NCBI RefSeq assembly: GCF_021246445.1
Contig: NZ_JAJQXW010000003.1
Coordinates: 124,001-188,000 of the forward strand
From: Rhabdothermincola salaria
GTDB taxonomy: Bacteria; Actinomycetota; Acidimicrobiia; Acidimicrobiales; Acidimicrobilacustridaceae
Reading direction: 5' to 3'
DNA length: 64,000 nt
Numbering within the stretch: position 1 is the first letter of the stretch; each line of letters opens with the position of its first letter. Under the pieces are notes generated by a model that was not told the origin of the DNA, searched no databases, and saw nothing but the letters and a program-made list of their open reading frames with translations. Shown piece after piece: positions 63,098-64,000 of this stretch. The translations under genes and the position numbers were made by a program.

Positions 63098-64000
63098 GTG
63101 GCCGATGACTCCCCCCTGCAGATCGCGGGCCCGAACGCGTGGCTCGTCGACGAGATGTACGAGCAGTACCTCGACAACCCGACCTCGGTGAGCGAGTCCT
63201 GGCAGGACTTCTTCGCCGACTACCGCCCGTCGGGTCCAGCTGGTCGGGCCGCACCGCCCACCCCCGCTCCCGAGGCACCGGCGTCCACTCCGGCCCCCTC
63301 GACTCCCGCCGCCACCACACCGGCCGCCCCGGCAGCCTCGGCTGCCGAGACGAAAGAGGCGCCGGCCGAGGTGCCCGGCCAGCCGCTGCGGGGTGCCGCC
63401 GCCCGCATCGTCACCAACATGGAAGCCAGCCTGGCCGTGCCCACGGCCACCAGCTTCCGTGAGGTGCCGGCGAAGCTCCTCGAGGTCAACCGCAAGATCA
63501 TCAACGGCTACCTCACCCGCACGCGGGGCGGGAAGATCAGCTTCACCCACATCATCGGCTACGCCGTGGTGCGGGCCATCGCCGACACCGTCCCGGTGAT
63601 GAACTCGTCGTACCTCGAAGGCCCCGACGGCAAGCCCCGGGTCGTCCGGCCGGAGCACATCGGCCTCGGCATCGCCGTCGACATCGAAAAGGACGACGGC
63701 AGCCGCACGCTGATGGTGCCCTGCGTCAAGCGCGCCGACACCCTCGACTTCGCCGAGTTCCACGCGGCCTACGAGGAGCTCATCCGCAAGGTGCGGTCCA
63801 ACAAGCTCAGCCCCGACGACTTCTCGGGCGTCACCGTGAGCCTCACCAACCCGGGCACCATCGGCACCGTGCAGTCCGTGCCCCGCCTCATGCCGGGCCA
63901 AGGGCTCATCGTGGGCGTGGGGAGCCTCGACTACCCCACCGAGTTCCAGGGCGCCGACCCCGCCACGCTGGCCGACCTGGGCATGTCCAAGATCATGACG
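63098..64000 (+). CDS. kgd: Multifunctional 2-oxoglutarate decarboxylase/dehydrogenase (5' part; runs off the right edge)
   Basis: GPNAWLVDEMYEQYL.NP.SVSESWQDFF, LRGAAARIVTNMEASL.VPTATS, GKISFTHIIGYA, SLTNPGTIGTVQSVPRLM. Confidence 0.95.
   Translation, partial: MADDSPLQIAGPNAWLVDEMYEQYLDNPTSVSESWQDFFADYRPSGPAGRAAPPTPAPEAPASTPAPSTPAATTPAAPAASAAETKEAPAEVPGQPLRGAAARIVTNMEASLAVPTATSFREVPAKLLEVNRKIINGYLTRTRGGKISFTHIIGYAVVRAIADTVPVMNSSYLEGPDGKPRVVRPEHIGLGIAVDIEKDDGSRTLMVPCVKRADTLDFAEFHAAYEELIRKVRSNKLSPDDFSGVTVSLTNPGTIGTVQSVPRLMPGQGLIVGVGSLDYPTEFQGADPATLADLGMSKIMT

Overview
Very GC-rich bacterial chromosome segment. Gene content (whiG-type sigma, DUF2469, kgd, GTP-type PEPCK, MhuD-like protein, short S16, plsX-acpP) points to an actinobacterium, most plausibly class Acidimicrobiia (inference). 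Most of the window is a conserved core block on the minus strand: fakA(DAK2)-recG-rsmD-coaD-sepIVA-like-yceD-rpmF-plsX-acpP-rnc-mutM-smc ... ftsY-ffh-rpsP-khpA-rimM-trmD-rplS-DUF2469-yraN ... comM-dprA-xerC-whiG-M23-rpsB-tsf-pyrH. A ~12.7 kb block separates smc from ftsY. It carries a CutRS-like two-component system with htrA, a divergent moxR-DUF58-VWA operon that shares an 11-bp-phased repeat motif with the htrA promoter, an ECF sigma/anti-sigma pair, small atypical genes and a YcaQ-like glycosylase. The right third holds metabolic and repair genes (pckG, map, mcr, galTK, uvrD2, xth, an RND transporter, the start of kgd). No rRNA, tRNA, CRISPR array, transposase or phage genes were recognised. 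The most interesting observations are the putative TCS-HtrA-MoxR/VWA envelope quality-control regulon, a degenerate-M23/active-hydrolase fusion, an unknown protein coupled between ftsY and ffh, an unannotated 57-aa zinc-ribbon protein, a probable non-canonical start for rnc, and pervasive leaderless promoters. All family assignments come from motif recognition by eye, not database searches.
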